Positions 1-14,012 of a DNA stretch of 64,000 nucleotides are shown here, one piece after another; positions within the stretch are counted from its first letter, which is position 1, and each line of letters opens with the position of its first letter. Made by a program: the position numbers and the translations under genes. The DNA comes from Octopus sinensis (Eukaryota). The notes beneath the pieces are model-generated. The model worked only from the letters and a program-made list of their open reading frames with translations. It had not been told where the DNA came from and did not search any database. The stretch is from assembly GCF_006345805.1 (NCBI RefSeq), contig NC_043008.1:33046001-33110000 (forward strand), given 5' to 3'.

Positions 1-3000
1 AAAAGAGTGTCCATATATATGATGTTCTGAAAGCAAGTCCAATCAAAATTAATATTTTGGGAGATGTAAATTACAACCTGCTGAAGAAAGTCTGCACTCT
101 TGCAATTAACCATTTATTATTTATTCTTTGTGGAAAATGAACTCTGAGTGAAAACTAAAAAAAAAACGGAGAAAACTTTGTACGAACTCAAATATAAAAA
201 CTGCATCTTCCCCTTTTGAAGGTCAAATCTGAAGAGAAAAAGAATTTTTGCTTTATGTTCATGCAAATATAGTATTGTTTCTATCTTCTTTGCTTTTGAA
301 ATAAATTGATAAATGAAATGCAAATGTAACTCATAGATTTGTGAGCACCTCAGGAAATGTGTGTGTGTATGTGTGTGTGAGATCTTCCTTAATGGAGCAA
401 GCAGACCAGAAGTTCAGCATAATGGCATGTGGTGTGTGCTACATGTCACATCTGTTGATACTGGAGCAGGTTGCGCTCATCCAAAAGTAAACTTTAACAC
501 ACAATTTTATAAAACATTGAATATTATATATTTATAATTGTATAACAGATACTATGTTTGAGAGTCAAAGTTGGTCAAGATATTTAGAAATGTTCCAATG
601 TTGGACTGCCAACATCTTATTGATTTTTGTCATTGAATTTTAGATTGCCAAATTTATTCCTTATTTGAAAATAAAAAACAAAATGAAATATTAAAATAAA
701 CAAACAATAAAGAGTAAAATAAACAAGGTGCTGTGTCTAGGTTGATAATATTGTTGTCACAAATCTTTTGGAATTACAAAATACTAGATATAGAGGCACA
801 AGACCTAGGAATAATTGACAAGGAGAGATGTGAGTTTATATAGTATTTATGCTTTAATATAAGGCATTAGCAATATAAGTGAGATGAAATAAATAAAAGA
901 AATCAAACTGTGTTGCAGACTTGTCGTATGCGAAGTCTATGATGCCCTTTGCCTCAATGTCCATTAAGCCTTAAAGAGATCATAAACCATAATTTCAATT
1001 TCATTGTGTCTAGTAGAAAAATAATAAATTCCAATCTTAGGATGCCAGTTTTTTTCAGGTGACTTCCCTAGAGCTGGTACCCATTCCTGTGACAACTATG
1101 TGAAACAGAGGCTTGTGAATCAATGAAAATACAAAATAAAAATACCCAGGCTATATTTGGACATACATATATATATCTATCTAAGGCAGTGCTCCAGCAT
1201 GGCCACAGTCAAATGACTGAAACAAGTAAAAGAATGTATATATAATGTATGTAAGTTGATCCCTAATTCCTTTGTTCGCTCAATTATTTGAACTCTACTC
1301 ACATGAAAACGATATATTAGCTTCTTAAGAAAATTAGTTTTTGCTTATCACATAAAACCTTTAATTAAAAACACTTAACCCTTTGCTTATAACTAAACAC
1401 ATAAGAAACTACAACCCAATAAAGAAGCATCTCAATGGTTTTTCATTTTTGTTAGAAATAGCAACCAAATTTCACTCAAACCACATACTACTGTCTTACA
1501 AAAAAAATGGATTGGCAAAGTCATTAGAGCATTGATTGAAATGCCTTGTAGTGTTTATTCTGGCTCCCTGTGATCTGGGTTCAAATCCTGCCAAATTCAA
1601 CTTCGCCTTTCCTTATTTCAGAGGCAATACAATAATATAACAATTCAAGGCAGTGACTTTCTGGAATTGACTGAACATGAAACAAAACACCTTGCATTCT
1701 GAGTTCTTGGGAAGAACATTTAATCATCACTCGATTGTTTAACACCTATACCTGCTACTCAGGTGCCTTTAGCAGAGTTCACTCTATTGCAAGCATTTGG
1801 ACTAAGGGCTCCAGTTTGAAGTATATGGCCTAGTGGTCAGGGTGTTTCGCTCATGATCACAAGATCATGGTTTCGATTCCTGAAGTAGACAGTGTATTGT
1901 GTTCTTGAGCAAACACTTCATTCACGTTGCTCCAGTCCACTCAGCTATAGATGAGTTCCAACAACAGCTGGCAAGTAAACCTTGTAACAGACTGATGTCC
2001 TGTTCAAGGGTGAGTGTTGTAATGGCAGTCACTTAAACATCATGAAAACCAAGTTAAGCTCCAGCCTTATGAGTCCTAGAGGTCATATAAAAGAAAGACA
2101 CTGAAACCACCACTCAGTTTAACACCACCACCTCATGCTGCAAGCATTCAGACCAGGGATCTAGTTTGAGGATAACTTCCTCCCTCCCTTTAGTCTCTGA
2201 GGCCCTAAAAATATATATGAGTCATGAACACTGCCCTTCCTTCTCAAAAAGGTCGGTCATTGGTAATAAAAACGTTGGTCATTTCTGGAGTGTCTTTGAT
2301 AATGGATCTGCTCAATTAGAACTGACCTAAGGCTGAACAGTAACAGCAAATTAAGAAACTGCGCACACATGCACAAACATGCACACAGTTTCTATTTGTT
2401 TTGTTTTGTTTGTTTTTTGTTTTAGAAAACAATGTAATTACATAAATATTATCCCAGCTTCTGTTATATAACAACAGGAATTAATCAATTAGGTTTACCA
2501 CATTGCTCTCAACAAAAGCTTGCTTTTTTATTATATTTCACAGCTTCCCTCATATATGTCAAACCTTTAATCAATTAGGTCTGGCTGTATGTTACAGTAA
2601 TCAAAGCCTGCACCCATCAAAGAATATTATTATTTTCTTACCTTGTTAGATATTAAAAACAAAAAAACTAAAAAATACAAATAAAAAAAGAACAAAAAAA
2701 AAGCATTCAGTCTGTCCTTTGACAATTGCCCATTCTGTTAGGCCTGGCCTTGCTTTCCTCTTAACAATGCTATAAATGGAATGTTGCTACTTTCACAGCT
2801 TTTGTTCTGGAAAATCTTTAGATAATCACTTAGATAATCAAATTATATAATCACTAGAATTTGAAGAGACTAATGACGGCCTGTGTCAGCAAGACTGTAT
2901 TAAGTAAAATGCATAAACCAAGGTTATGTTAACAAGCCATGAAGAGAAGAAACATCTTTAAAATGTTTTGGATATAGACCTTCATTAGCTAAGTTTCACT

Positions 3001-3876
3001 GGGTTGGGCTAGACTGGGCCCTCAACCACAAACAAAGTTGTCAATGGATTCCTATTTTCACAACTTCACTTGTATGGAAAATAAATGTTTAATTTGTTGT
3101 ACAATGGAACTTTAAATCCTTTAGACCAAGCTGTGTTTCCCACCCTAGACAATGTTCTCAAAGGAATCTTAATATTTTCACAGCTTCAGTTGTATGCCAA
3201 ACATTTATAATCAATTAGATGTGGCTGTGTTCTCTCTCATTAACAATACCATTGATTGATTCTTATTACTTCTTATTGATCATTGATTAATCTTGATTAA
3301 TTAAACAAAAGGTTAAATACACAAAAATATATAAAATCCATGACATTTTTCATAATAAATTTCTGTTAAAAACAAATGACATTTTTGTTTGTTATTACTT
3401 TGCTGGAAAAAGATTTATCGAATACAGCCAGAAGTGTGTGTGTGTGTGTGTGTGTGTGTGTACACATCAATGAGTACTGGTGAGGTGCAAGATGCATTCA
3501 ACTTTGCTCTTTCCCCACAAATTTGTGTTCTTGTGTCCATCAGAGAAGTCATTACAATCATGTTGATTCTGTAATTCATTTATTCCATTTTTCATTTATC
3601 CTTTTATCTTTTTATTTGCCTTCCTCATTGGACAGTAGCCTAGCTGGAGTACCAGCTTGAAAAGTTTTAATTGAAAAAATTGGCTCCAGTACTTAATGTG
3701 TAGGTCTGGTATTTATTGTATCGGTCTTCTTAGCCAAACTACTAAGTTAGGGGGATGTAAACAAACCAACACCAATCATAAAGTGGTGGTGGGATCAAAT
3801 ATAGACACATATATGCATAAATATATATATACATACATAAATATATATATACATACATAAATATATATATACATAC

Positions 3877-3919
<43 letters not shown>

Positions 3920-4967
3920 GGCTGCCCCCTCATTATCGAGTATGGCCATTGCACGAAGCTTAACTGTTACTGGTGCTGTGATTGAATGTGACTTTTTAGC
4001 CCAGCCAAAGATCTACAATGTCTTGTACAAAATTGGCAACTAAAACCTTTACTGGTAATAGCCGGCTGTAGTTGTAACTGGGCTTCATATATACACACAC
4101 AAACATACATAAATACATATATCAGAGGCAACACCCAGTCATCAGCGTCACTTGAGCTTATCACAGATTTCGTATAAGATACATACCTGCTCGAAGAATT
4201 TCTCATTTTTCCACTTTATTTCTAGCCCCAAATCCATTTCTAAGTTAAGGGTCCAAATAAAGCAACCCTGCAAAACACAACTGATCTTTACACACAGAAA
4301 AACAGCAATCAAGTAATGACAGCAGAGTGCACAACAAACATCAGCCATCTAACTGTCACCTGTACTCTTGGCAAGAGATGCCAGTTAGACTTTTACATCT
4401 ACCAGGCTCGTTCCTGGATAATTTTCCTTCCTTTAAGAATATTGTAAAAAGGAAACTTTTCATAGATTGGAATTTAAATCCTAATCTCTATAGAAATTTT
4501 CTGTTTCAAAGTAACATTGAATTTGAATTACTTTTAATTTTTACAACTATAGATAACAACTCGGGCTGAAACTTCTGAGCCTGAGTCAGGTGGGTGTCAA
4601 GAGAACATCTGCTATGAATGTTATTTTTTGATACAGGGCACCTCTAAGACAACTGCCAGATGCTGAATGAAACTAAATGAACTGCAGTCAGGCTCAATAA
4701 AAGGAACCCGAGTTATTGGCTGCAATTACATACTTGAAGTTAGTGTTGGCAGAAATTAAATCAGCTTGCAAATACACATTCACTTTACTAAATTTGTACT
4801 CAGGCTAAGCCTGAACAGCCTGAGTGCTGGAGCCACCACACACACACACACACATATATATATTTATATACAAACGTACATGCATATATAACTACATGTA
4901 TATCTATATATATATATAATATACACATACATAAATATATCAATATATGTATATATATATATATATG

Positions 4968-5009
<42 letters not shown>

Positions 5010-5149
5010 TAAACATATACATAAATATATAAACATATACTAGCAAATGCCACCACCCCACTCGCTGTCCATTGGAAGGTTTGTATAGGATGAAGAGGGT
5101 TAACTTGGACGGTGTTATGGAAGTTTTAATCATCCGATGGACAGGCCAT

Positions 5150-5910
5150 AAGGATTACAACAATAGTAATTCTTACTTTGAAACTTACAATTTTGAAAAT
5201 CTTTTTAGATTACAAAATGCCCACTCTTTCATGTATCCATGTTTAAAATTTCAGCGCAATCAGATGAATAATACTTGAGTTATTAGTGCACAAAAAACAG
5301 ACAGCCAGAACGGGATTTATATATTAGATGAGCCAATGAGGGAGACCTCTACATGATAGCCAGACCTGGTAGAAATAACAGCCAAATCTCCCTCAAATCA
5401 CACCTTACTGTCTTATGTATGTATATATGTATGTATAAGCCGATGAGGGAGACCTCTACATGGTAGAAATAGCAGCCAAATCTCCCTCGAAACACCCTAC
5501 TGTCTTATGTGTGTATATATGTATGTATTAACAGTTCTTTGGCTTTTTGCATTTGATGACTGTTGCTTTAAGTTAGATAATCATATTAAGCCCTCTACAA
5601 AAGACAGAGAGAGGAAAGAAGAGAGACAGCATAGCAATGGTTTTGGCTGACTGTCATCCTGTACTCCCCTTGTCAGCGAAATGGTATGTGCCGGCTGTCT
5701 GAGCAACTCGTTGCTTTTAATGAACAGCATAGCAGAAAGAAATAGGACAAAAAGATTACAAAAATAGCAATTTTCACTTTGAAACTGACAATTTTGAAAA
5801 TCTTTTTAAATTACAGAACACCCTGCTCTGTCATGTATCCATGTTTAAAATTTCAGCGTGATCGGATGAACAATACTCAGGTTATAAGCGCACAGACAGA
5901 CAGACATACA
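5150..5910 (+). repeat. Two diverged copies of a Helitron/DINE-1-like 3' segment (about 5150-5330 and 5755-5910)
   Basis: Shared TTTGAAAATCTTTTT..CATGTATCCATGTTTAAAATTTCAGCG..(ACAG)n. Confidence 0.55.
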
Positions 5911-5933
5911 TACTTAAATATATTAATATATGC

Positions 5934-5988
<55 letters not shown>

Positions 5989-6416
5989 CATACGTCTGTG
6001 ATTACCTGTATGTACATTTGTAAATGTGTGTGTGTGTCACATCCTATAACTGTTTCTCTATTTTTGTTGCTGTCACATATTTTGAAATTTTAAAATTGCA
6101 TCAAAATTTTCAAATTTGGTATATTGAAATAATTTTCCATGTTAAATCAGATTTTTTTATTTATTTGTTCCAGAAAAATTGCAGAAAAATGTTACTGAGG
6201 TTTAAGGTTTAATCAATTTTACCTAATCAGAAAAAAGGATTTGGAAGCTGATATTTTCTGCATGATAAATGTCTACACAAAATCAAAACAAAATTATTAC
6301 AATGTGGAATTTTTATTAAACAAATGAAAGCAAAGCATTATGACAACCAAAGTTGTAAGAGCGAAGATATTCTATTGTAAAAATTACCCGGCAACGACGG
6401 GCTATTCAGTTAGTGC

Positions 6417-6463
<47 letters not shown>

Positions 6464-6907
6464 AATAAATATATAAAGTTAAATTTTCTTATAAAGTATG
6501 TTTTTAAGTATACTTCACAATATATGGACTGTATTAAGAAGTGTTCATTGCGAGCTAAATCAAAGGATAAGGAAAATTATAGAAGGAACACATCCAGGCA
6601 ATCAATACAAATTCCAAAGCATTATTTAAAGTGCACAACAAATAAATATATATATAGGTTTATATAAATAAGTGAATAAAATTACATGTAAAAGTTATAT
6701 GTAAAAACTATGCATCATGTACGTTGGGTTTAGGTACCGAATGGAGAGGTGACAAACAAAGAGAGAAAAATCCAAGATCAGGGCTTCCAAAAAGAACGGC
6801 TCCAATTGATTAAGAATTTGATATTTATATTAATTGTCGGATGAGAGTTCAAAACTTAAAAATTCAGGGGTAAATAAATTTGGTAAAAATATACAAATTC
6901 GGGTCAA

Positions 6908-7010
6908 GGATATCATCTACAGCCGTTTCAAGGGTACATTAAATGTATAAATGGTGTTTTAAGTATTCCATATACAGAAACATAATGTCCCCCTCATCAG
7001 AATAGTTTCT
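6908..7010 (-). ncRNA. Type I hammerhead ribozyme motif, catalytic core intact
   Basis: Minus strand: CTGATGA (7000-6994), stem II GGGGGACATT/AATGTACCCTT, GAAA (6929-6926), near-palindromic ACGGCTGT, GUA cleavage triplet, then GATGATATCC. Stem I is partly decayed in this copy. Confidence 0.7.
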
Positions 7011-7060
7011 TTCATTTTTTTAATCTATCAAATTACTATTATGTAGGATTTCATCACAAA

Positions 7061-7172
7061 GGAAACCATCTTGATGAGCAGGGGGGGGGGGGCATTATGT
7101 TTCTGTATATGAAATACTTAAAACACCATTTAAATATTTAATGTACCCCTGACACAGCCGTAGATGATATCC
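7061..7172 (+). ncRNA. Degenerate hammerhead copy in the opposite arm
   Basis: GGAAACCATC-TTGATGA...AATGTACCCCT-GACA-CAGCCG-TA-GATGATATCC. Core is mutated (C3U, GAAA to GACA); stem I is better preserved. Confidence 0.55.
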
Positions 7173-7712
7173 TTTACCCAAATTTGTATATTTTTACCAA
7201 ATTTATTTACCCCTGAATTTTTAAATATTGAACTCTCATCCGACAATTAATATAAACATCAAATTCTTAATTGATTGGAACCGTTCCTTTTGGAAGCCTT
7301 TACTCTGGATTTTTCTCTCTTTGTTTGTCACTTCTCCATTCGGTACCTGAACCCAACATACATGATGTATAGTTTTTACATATAACTTTTACACATATTT
7401 TTATTCACTTATTTATATAAACTTATATGTATATTTATTTGTTGTGCACTTTAAATTATGCTTTAGAAGTTGTATTGATTGCCTGGATGTGTTCCTTCTA
7501 TAATTTCTCTTATCCTTAAATACATATATATCACGTAAAAAGCACCCACTACACTCACGGAGTGGTTGGCATTAGGAAGGGCATCCAGCCGTAGAAACAC
7601 TGCCAGATGTGACTGGGCCTGATGAAGCCTTCCACCTTCACAGACCCCAGTTGAACCGTCCAACCCATGCTAGCATGGAGAACGGACGCTAAATGATGAT
7701 GATGATGATGAT

Positions 7713-7747
<35 letters not shown>

Positions 7748-7789
7748 ACACACACACACATACATAAATACATACCTTCTCCTCTTCCC

Positions 7790-8185
7790 CCCAGCCCCAC
7801 CAGGATCCCGCTGCCACACCTGCCTTTTCATCACCAACACCACCTCTTTCACTGGATCCAACCAGCACACCCTCCACATTAGAAACTCCTTCTCCTGCAT
7901 CTCTTCAAGCCTTATCTATTGCATTAGATGTAATCTCTGTAATAAACTCTATGTAGGTCAGACAGGCCACCAGCTGGCCGACCGGTTCACTGAACATCTA
8001 GATGTTCAGCTACACATGAACACCCCTGTCACCCATCATTTCCACTTGGCCAACCACTTCCCCTCTAATATCTCCATCTTTGGCCTCGCCCCGCACCACG
8101 GAACCACACACTCATGACTTGCCTGGAAAAGCATTACATTTTCAGTCTACAAACACAAATTCCTTTCAGGCTCAACGCCACCATA
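7790..8185 (+). mobile_element. Penelope-like element GIY-YIG endonuclease remnant
   Basis: Open frame without ATG: RCHTC...SFSCISSSLIYCIRCNLCNKLYVGQTGHQLADRFTEHL...VTHHF...H...SIFGL. Shows the CxxC + IY/YVG pattern of PLE endonucleases. Confidence 0.85.
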
Positions 8186-8269
8186 GGTTATATGGAAACG
8201 ATGGATGTGCTTTTAAGGGAAATAATTAAAGAACGTAACATTGTAATGCTTCATGTAAAGTAAATATAA

Positions 8270-8472
8270 CAAATGAAAAATCCTTCAAGAATCCATAAAA
8301 ATTCCCGGATCACTACCAAAATTTCATCATCTGTTCCTTGTGTCATTACCAACTTTTTCTGCAAGTTTCATCAAATATTGTTCACAACTTTTTGAGTTAT
8401 TTTGCACACAGATGGACAGACGGACAAACCAACACTGATGAAAACATAACCTCCTTCCTTGGCGGAGGTAAT
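8270..8472 (+). mobile_element. Helitron/Helentron-type non-autonomous (HINE-like) 3' end
   Basis: AAGTTTCATC...GACAGACGGACA...AAAACATAACCTCC...GGCGGAGGTAAT terminal hairpin. Confidence 0.5.
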
Positions 8473-8791
8473 AATAATGAAACCTTTCTACATTAGGAAC
8501 AAGGCCTGAAATTTTGGAGGAGGTTGATGTAATCGATTATCACTCTTTCCTCAAAAACTACCGGTCCTGTGCCAAAAATTTGAAACCATTATTATTATTA
8601 TTATTATTATTAAGGCAGCAAGCTGGCAGAAGCGTTAGCAAGCTAGATGGAATGTTTTGTGGCATTTCCTATGATTCTGAGTCCAAATTCTGCTGAGGTT
8701 AATTTACCTTTCATCCTTTTAGGGTGGGGGTAATATAATCAACCAGATATCTCACCACAAAATTTTAGGCCTTGTGCCTGTAGTAGAAAGA

Positions 8792-8797
8792 TTTATT
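8792..8797 (-). promoter_or_regulatory. Candidate poly(A) signal AATAAA for CTC1
   Basis: Nearest minus-strand AATAAA found, about 130 nt after the stop. It lies in the tail of an antisense SINE. Confidence 0.35.
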
Positions 8798-8929
8798 GTC
8801 ATTGTCACTAGAATTAGTTAAAAAAAAAAAAAAAGAGTAAAAGATATATAGTGAAAATCTGAACACAAATATCCCAGCCTGTTCACTGTAGTATTTTGTA
8901 CTGGATAGCAATTGATTATGTGACTGATA

Positions 8930-9087
8930 TCACTTCACAGTAGTAGGAGATATTTCTGACAACATTTTGGCACCGATATCAAACGTTGGTTCTGTACAAA
9001 CTGATTCTATATTCATGTACTGATAGGGCATACACTGTGTGTTGATAATTTTATCAAGGAATCCAATTCTTCGTTCTTGAATAGTGT
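8930..9087 (-). CDS. CTC1: CTC1 terminal coding exon with stop
   Basis: Acceptor ttctgttctgttgcag|AC matches the phase-1 donor at 21851. Encodes (D)TIQERRIGFLDKIINTQCMPYQYMNIESV...PTTVK*, compared with CTC1 C-terminus 'FLTHVNPRLRLSCLSI'. Confidence 0.8.
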
Positions 9088-10049
9088 CTGCAACAGAACA
9101 GAAACAAATAACTTTTATAAGAAATTGAATGGAGAGAAGAAATGATAATGGAAACTCAGATGTTCTAAGAGAAAAATTAGAGAAGATAGTGGGGAAAGTA
9201 CATTCAATTAAAGAATGATAGATGGGTGATGAAAACTGTTCTTCATCCTTTGACATGGTTGAACAACTAATCCCAGTCAGTCAGCATTCACAGTACTGAT
9301 TGTACTATTCACCCTTTTAATCACTGAATACAAAATGTGACTTGCAAGACCTCCATTCAGCTGATTTTCCAAAGTCACCATTTCGCCCTTATATGCCAAT
9401 CCATCACAAATTTAGCCATTTACAGCTGAGTGAACTGGAGCAACATGAAATGAAGTGGTTTACTCAAGAACACAATACACAGCTGATCACATAATTGAAA
9501 CCATGATCTCACAATTGTGAGTGCAGCACCCTAACCACTAGACTCTAAATGTTTTGTAGACCTTTTGTATGGACACATTTTATATTGTATATATAATATT
9601 AGCCCTTGAGACCAATCAAGAAAGAATTATTATTAATAAAGCTATTCTGCTGAATTGATAGTGTCTCATGCAAGATGTGGGCTATTACTATCATTATCAT
9701 TATTATTACTAAGGTGTCGAGCTGGTAGAATCATTAGCATGTCAGACAAACCCATAAGAAAGCCATTCATTGTGTTTTATCATGGAAAAAATTTCTCACT
9801 GTAAAAATACCAAAATCCTGTATTTATACCATTTGTCTACAGCGAGAAATTTTCTGCATGACAAAACACAGTTTCTCTCAGGTTGAAATAAACCCCAAGC
9901 ATATTTGAACTGGTAATAACTCGTATTAAAACAAAAGGATATATATAAAGAATTCCTTGTGGAAATACCTACAACTAACCAAAAGGACAGAACAATGGTC
10001 CTTCTACAAAAATAAGGTAATGGTAGCTTCATATTCATTGAATATGGCC

Positions 10050-10420
10050 CTACTCAAAATAGGCTATATAAATGCACATAGACTGGGGGATCGCCTTGGA
10101 AGCAGGGCTGCCAATTCAATGAGCTCAGATCACTTGATATAGATGTGGTGGCCATCAGTAAGACCAGAGCTTGCAAGGCATCAGTTTTTGCACTCACTTT
10201 TGGTAGCAACAAGGTGTACACTTTTCCATATCTTCCTAGGCCTAGAAGGTAAGTTGATGACACTTGCATGATCAGCAGTGAAGGTTATACCTTTAGGCTG
10301 CCCTGACAAGGGCAAGCCAACCAGACTTCTTCATGTGTCTGGAGGCCTTCCTAGGAATGTGCAAGTCGGTGATTGGAATCTTTAGTGGAAGTAGGTAATT
10401 GGAATGGCATCTTGGATGCA
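10050..10420 (+). mobile_element. Degenerate LINE AP-endonuclease N-terminus (L1/Tx1-like)
   Basis: 'LKIGYINAHRL', 'LRSLDIDVVAIS.TR' and 'GDWN/GNWNGILD' found across frameshifts. Confidence 0.55.
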
Positions 10421-10761
10421 TGCAGGAAATCTGGATCATTTTTTTGAGTGGCGTATATGCATGGCTTTGGCCTGCACATTTTATCTTCTTGACCTACACT
10501 TTTTTGTTTTATCTTCTATTATTATTATCAAGGCAGTGAGCTGGTAGAATCATTAGCATACTGGGCAAAATGCTTAATGGTATTTCGTCTGTCTTTGCAT
10601 TTTGAGTTCAAATTCTGTTAAGGTCAACTTTGCCTTTCATCCTTTTGGAGTTGGTAAATTAAGTACCAGTGAAACGCTGGGGGTTGATGTAATCAGTTGG
10701 CACCCTCCCCCAAAATTTCAGACCTTGTGCCTAGAGTAGAAAGGATTACTATTATTATTAC

Positions 10762-10803
<42 letters not shown>

Positions 10804-11944
10804 CATTATTATTATTATTAAAGCAATAAAATAGAAGGTTGATTACTACATCAGATAAAATGCTTTGTGGCATATCTTCCAGCTCTTTATGTTCTGAGTT
10901 CAAATCCCATGAAGGTCAACTTTGCCTTTCAGCTATTTGGGGGTCAATACAATAAAGTACCAACCATGTAGTAGAGTCAATGTAATTGTCTTAACCCTTC
11001 CTCTCAAAATTGCAGACCTTGTGCCACAATTATTATTATTATTGCAACAACATATGTAAACAAACTTCTTTTTGTTTTTTGAAACATCAAATGTGTGTTG
11101 TATCGGACAGACAAGAAAGTAATATTTGGAACACAGTATAACTGTGAAAACAGCAGGAGATTGGGCATTTTACCCTTATATGATGGAAAAGTTGTCAGCT
11201 GATGACTTTTTCCATCGTATAATTTTAAAATACCCAATCTTTCTGCTGTTTTCACAGCCTGACCATTTTTCCGTCATATAAGGGTAAAATACCAAATCTT
11301 TCTCACTGTTATACTGCATTCCTAATATTATTTTCTTGTCTGTATGATATATCATCATCATTATCATCATTTAACGTCCACTTTCCATGCTGGTATGGGT
11401 TAGAGGGTTTAACTGAAAAAAGCTGGTAAGCTGCATCAGGTTCCAATCTGATTTGGTATGGTTTTCTATGGCTGAATGCCCTTCCTAACACCATTCACAT
11501 CAACTGTGTAGTGGGTGCTTTTTATGTGCCACCAGCACTGGTGCCACTGACATGACACCAGCATCAGCCATGACTACGATTTCACCTGGTTTGACAGGTT
11601 TACGCAAGCACTGTATATTGCCAAAGATCTCTGTCACCTGTTACTGCCTCCAAGAGGTCCAACGCATAAATGGTGCTTTTTACATGCCACCAGCTTGGGT
11701 GCCAGTTGCTGTTGTTATTATTATTATTGAGGCATGTTTTTCCACAGCATGTCTCTTTGATGGAACTGAAGTCTTGTGAACAGACAGAGACTAAGATTGG
11801 AAACCTGGCATCTGGAATGCAGATAGGCACTCATACCCTACTGTCTTAGAAAACGCATGTGACCCTAGGTTCCTTGCATATAGAAAAAAATGGCATAGTC
11901 ATGGCTAGAGTGCCCTTCATCATAGGTGTGCTCAGTCAGTAGAA

Positions 11945-12898
11945 ACAGTAGTGGGTGGTGGTGGTGGTGGTGATGGTGCAGGTCATGGTAGCAGATTGTA
12001 TTGGAGGTGGTGGTGGTGGTTGTGATATTGTGATGGTAGTGGTGGTGATAGTAGGTGGTATTGGTGGTAGTAGATGGAATTGGTGGTAGTGGTGGTGGTG
12101 GTAGTATGTGGTATTCAAAGTGGTGGGGGTATTGGTGGTTATAGTAGATGGTATTAGTGATGGTGGTGGTAGTGATGATGGTTGTGGTAATGGTGATGAT
12201 AGTGGTGGTATTAGGTGGTGGTGATGGCCCATCACCAAGCCACATACCACTACAACAATACACTGCAGATACAGTGGTGCAGGTCATAATGCAGATAGTG
12301 GTGCAGATCGTAATGCACCACTATGCAACCACTAGCTGCAACAGTGTGCAGTAACTGCAGTTTCTGTCATGTAATCCAGCAACACCACAACTATCATCAC
12401 ACTAGTACACACTAACACCATCACAACTAACACCATCACACTATTACTACCAAATTTTTACCATTACTACAATCATCACCATAATATTATCACCACCACC
12501 ACCATACTTCCAGCACTAACCTGGTACTAGTACATTCATACTACCACTTATACTACCACCACCACCCCCACTATTACTGCTACTACCCTTTCACACTACC
12601 ACAACACAACTACTACCATAAAACTACTGCCACTACATACTGACTACTACCACCAACACAAACAACCACAGACACCATAACACTAACATACTACAACACT
12701 AGTACTGCACCACCACTACACTACACACTGACTACCACCAGCATAATCATTACTACTACCCCACAATACTACTACTATAGCAGTGTGCTAACCTGTAGTT
12801 AACATCGTACCTCTATACTACCTATCCACTGGCTGCATTATTTCACAATGCAGTATATCTTGGAAGAGCAAAGGGTACACTTGCTTCTAATTGTTGTG

Positions 12899-12973
<75 letters not shown>

Positions 12974-12975
12974 CG
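11945..12975. repeat. Low-complexity trinucleotide region: (GGT)n, then (ACC/ACT)n, then (TAG)n
   Basis: Direct reading. Similar tracts at 25770-25990 (GAG)n, 28180-28620 (G-rich) and 33030-33730 (ACC/ATC)n. Confidence 0.88.
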
Positions 12976-13800
12976 GCAGTACTTATAATACTATTACTGC
13001 AGTTGAGAACAAATAATAGAACAGCAATACAGTTCAACAATTTGTTGCATCTCTTATGTGCATCTACACTATGGTGCAACACTAACCCCCAGCTGCAAGT
13101 ATGCTAGTTATTACTGTTAGTTATAGTATGTTAGTTATTACTGATAGGGTACCCCACCTCTTGCTAGTAGATTCATCAGTGGCTTGCATCTATGATGTGT
13201 TATTATTGCCACTGCAGCTGACTGCATGCGAAACTGATTGAGTAGTACCACTGCAAGTGCAGCAGTTAGTTGCATCTGCTCGGTATAAAATTGCTACTAC
13301 CACTGCATTTTGATTAATCTATTTATTCACAGTAGCATCATAGCAAGAAGGTGCACTATGGCATTGCATCTATTCAGAGATACATCCCTATTAACACTGC
13401 AGTTTTGTGTATATCAGCAATAATAGAGCAGCACCAAGTGCAGCACCTGTAAGTAATCCCATTATATCAGCACTGAGCAACGTGAATCTGTTAACAATTA
13501 GAGAAACACTCCTGCGGGCAGGTGCAGTGCTGCAGTTAGTTGAATGAACTTAGTAATGATCGTTAATCCTAGTTTTCTTGGTTGCATCTCTGCCACCACC
13601 ACATCAAGATGCATATATTAATGTTATAGTGACACTGTTGTAGAGAAGTGCAGCAAGCACTATAATGAATTATAAAATTTCTTGATTTAAAAATAATTTC
13701 TTCATTTTTTTTGTGCCATTACCATCTTTAATAAATATTTAAATAAATTTCATAGCAATGTTAATGGAATTTATAAAGAAGAATAAAAATTCAGTTACAT

Positions 13801-14012
13801 CAGTGTTTCAACCATTTTTTACCTATCGACCCTTTTGGTTCCAATTTTACTCAGATGGACCCTCATAGCCTTTAGATGTATATAAAAATAAATCCTACTG
13901 TATTTTTATAATTAAACATTATTAGGAATTGTATTTAAAAAATTTCCATATTTGTGGCTTGTAGAAGTATAAGTAATTTATTGCAGATATGGACCCCTGT
14001 TGAGAACCACTG
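13801..14012. mobile_element. hAT (Charlie-like) MITE
   Basis: Termini CAGTGTTTCAAC ... GTTGAGAACCACTG. An 8-bp TSD is not clearly preserved. Confidence 0.6.

Larger units (their letters stand above)
6563..7517. repeat. Long imperfect palindrome (arms about 450 bp: 6563-7013 and 7058-7517; spacer about 44 bp)
   Basis: The arms are reverse complements along their whole length, e.g. GTGACAAACAAAGAGAG / CTCTCTTTGTTTGTCAC. Confidence 0.92.

Noticed and set aside
3-140. Frame containing 'INILGDVNYNLLK', reminiscent of an APE GDFN motif
   Set aside because: Single short motif at the window edge; insufficient to call.
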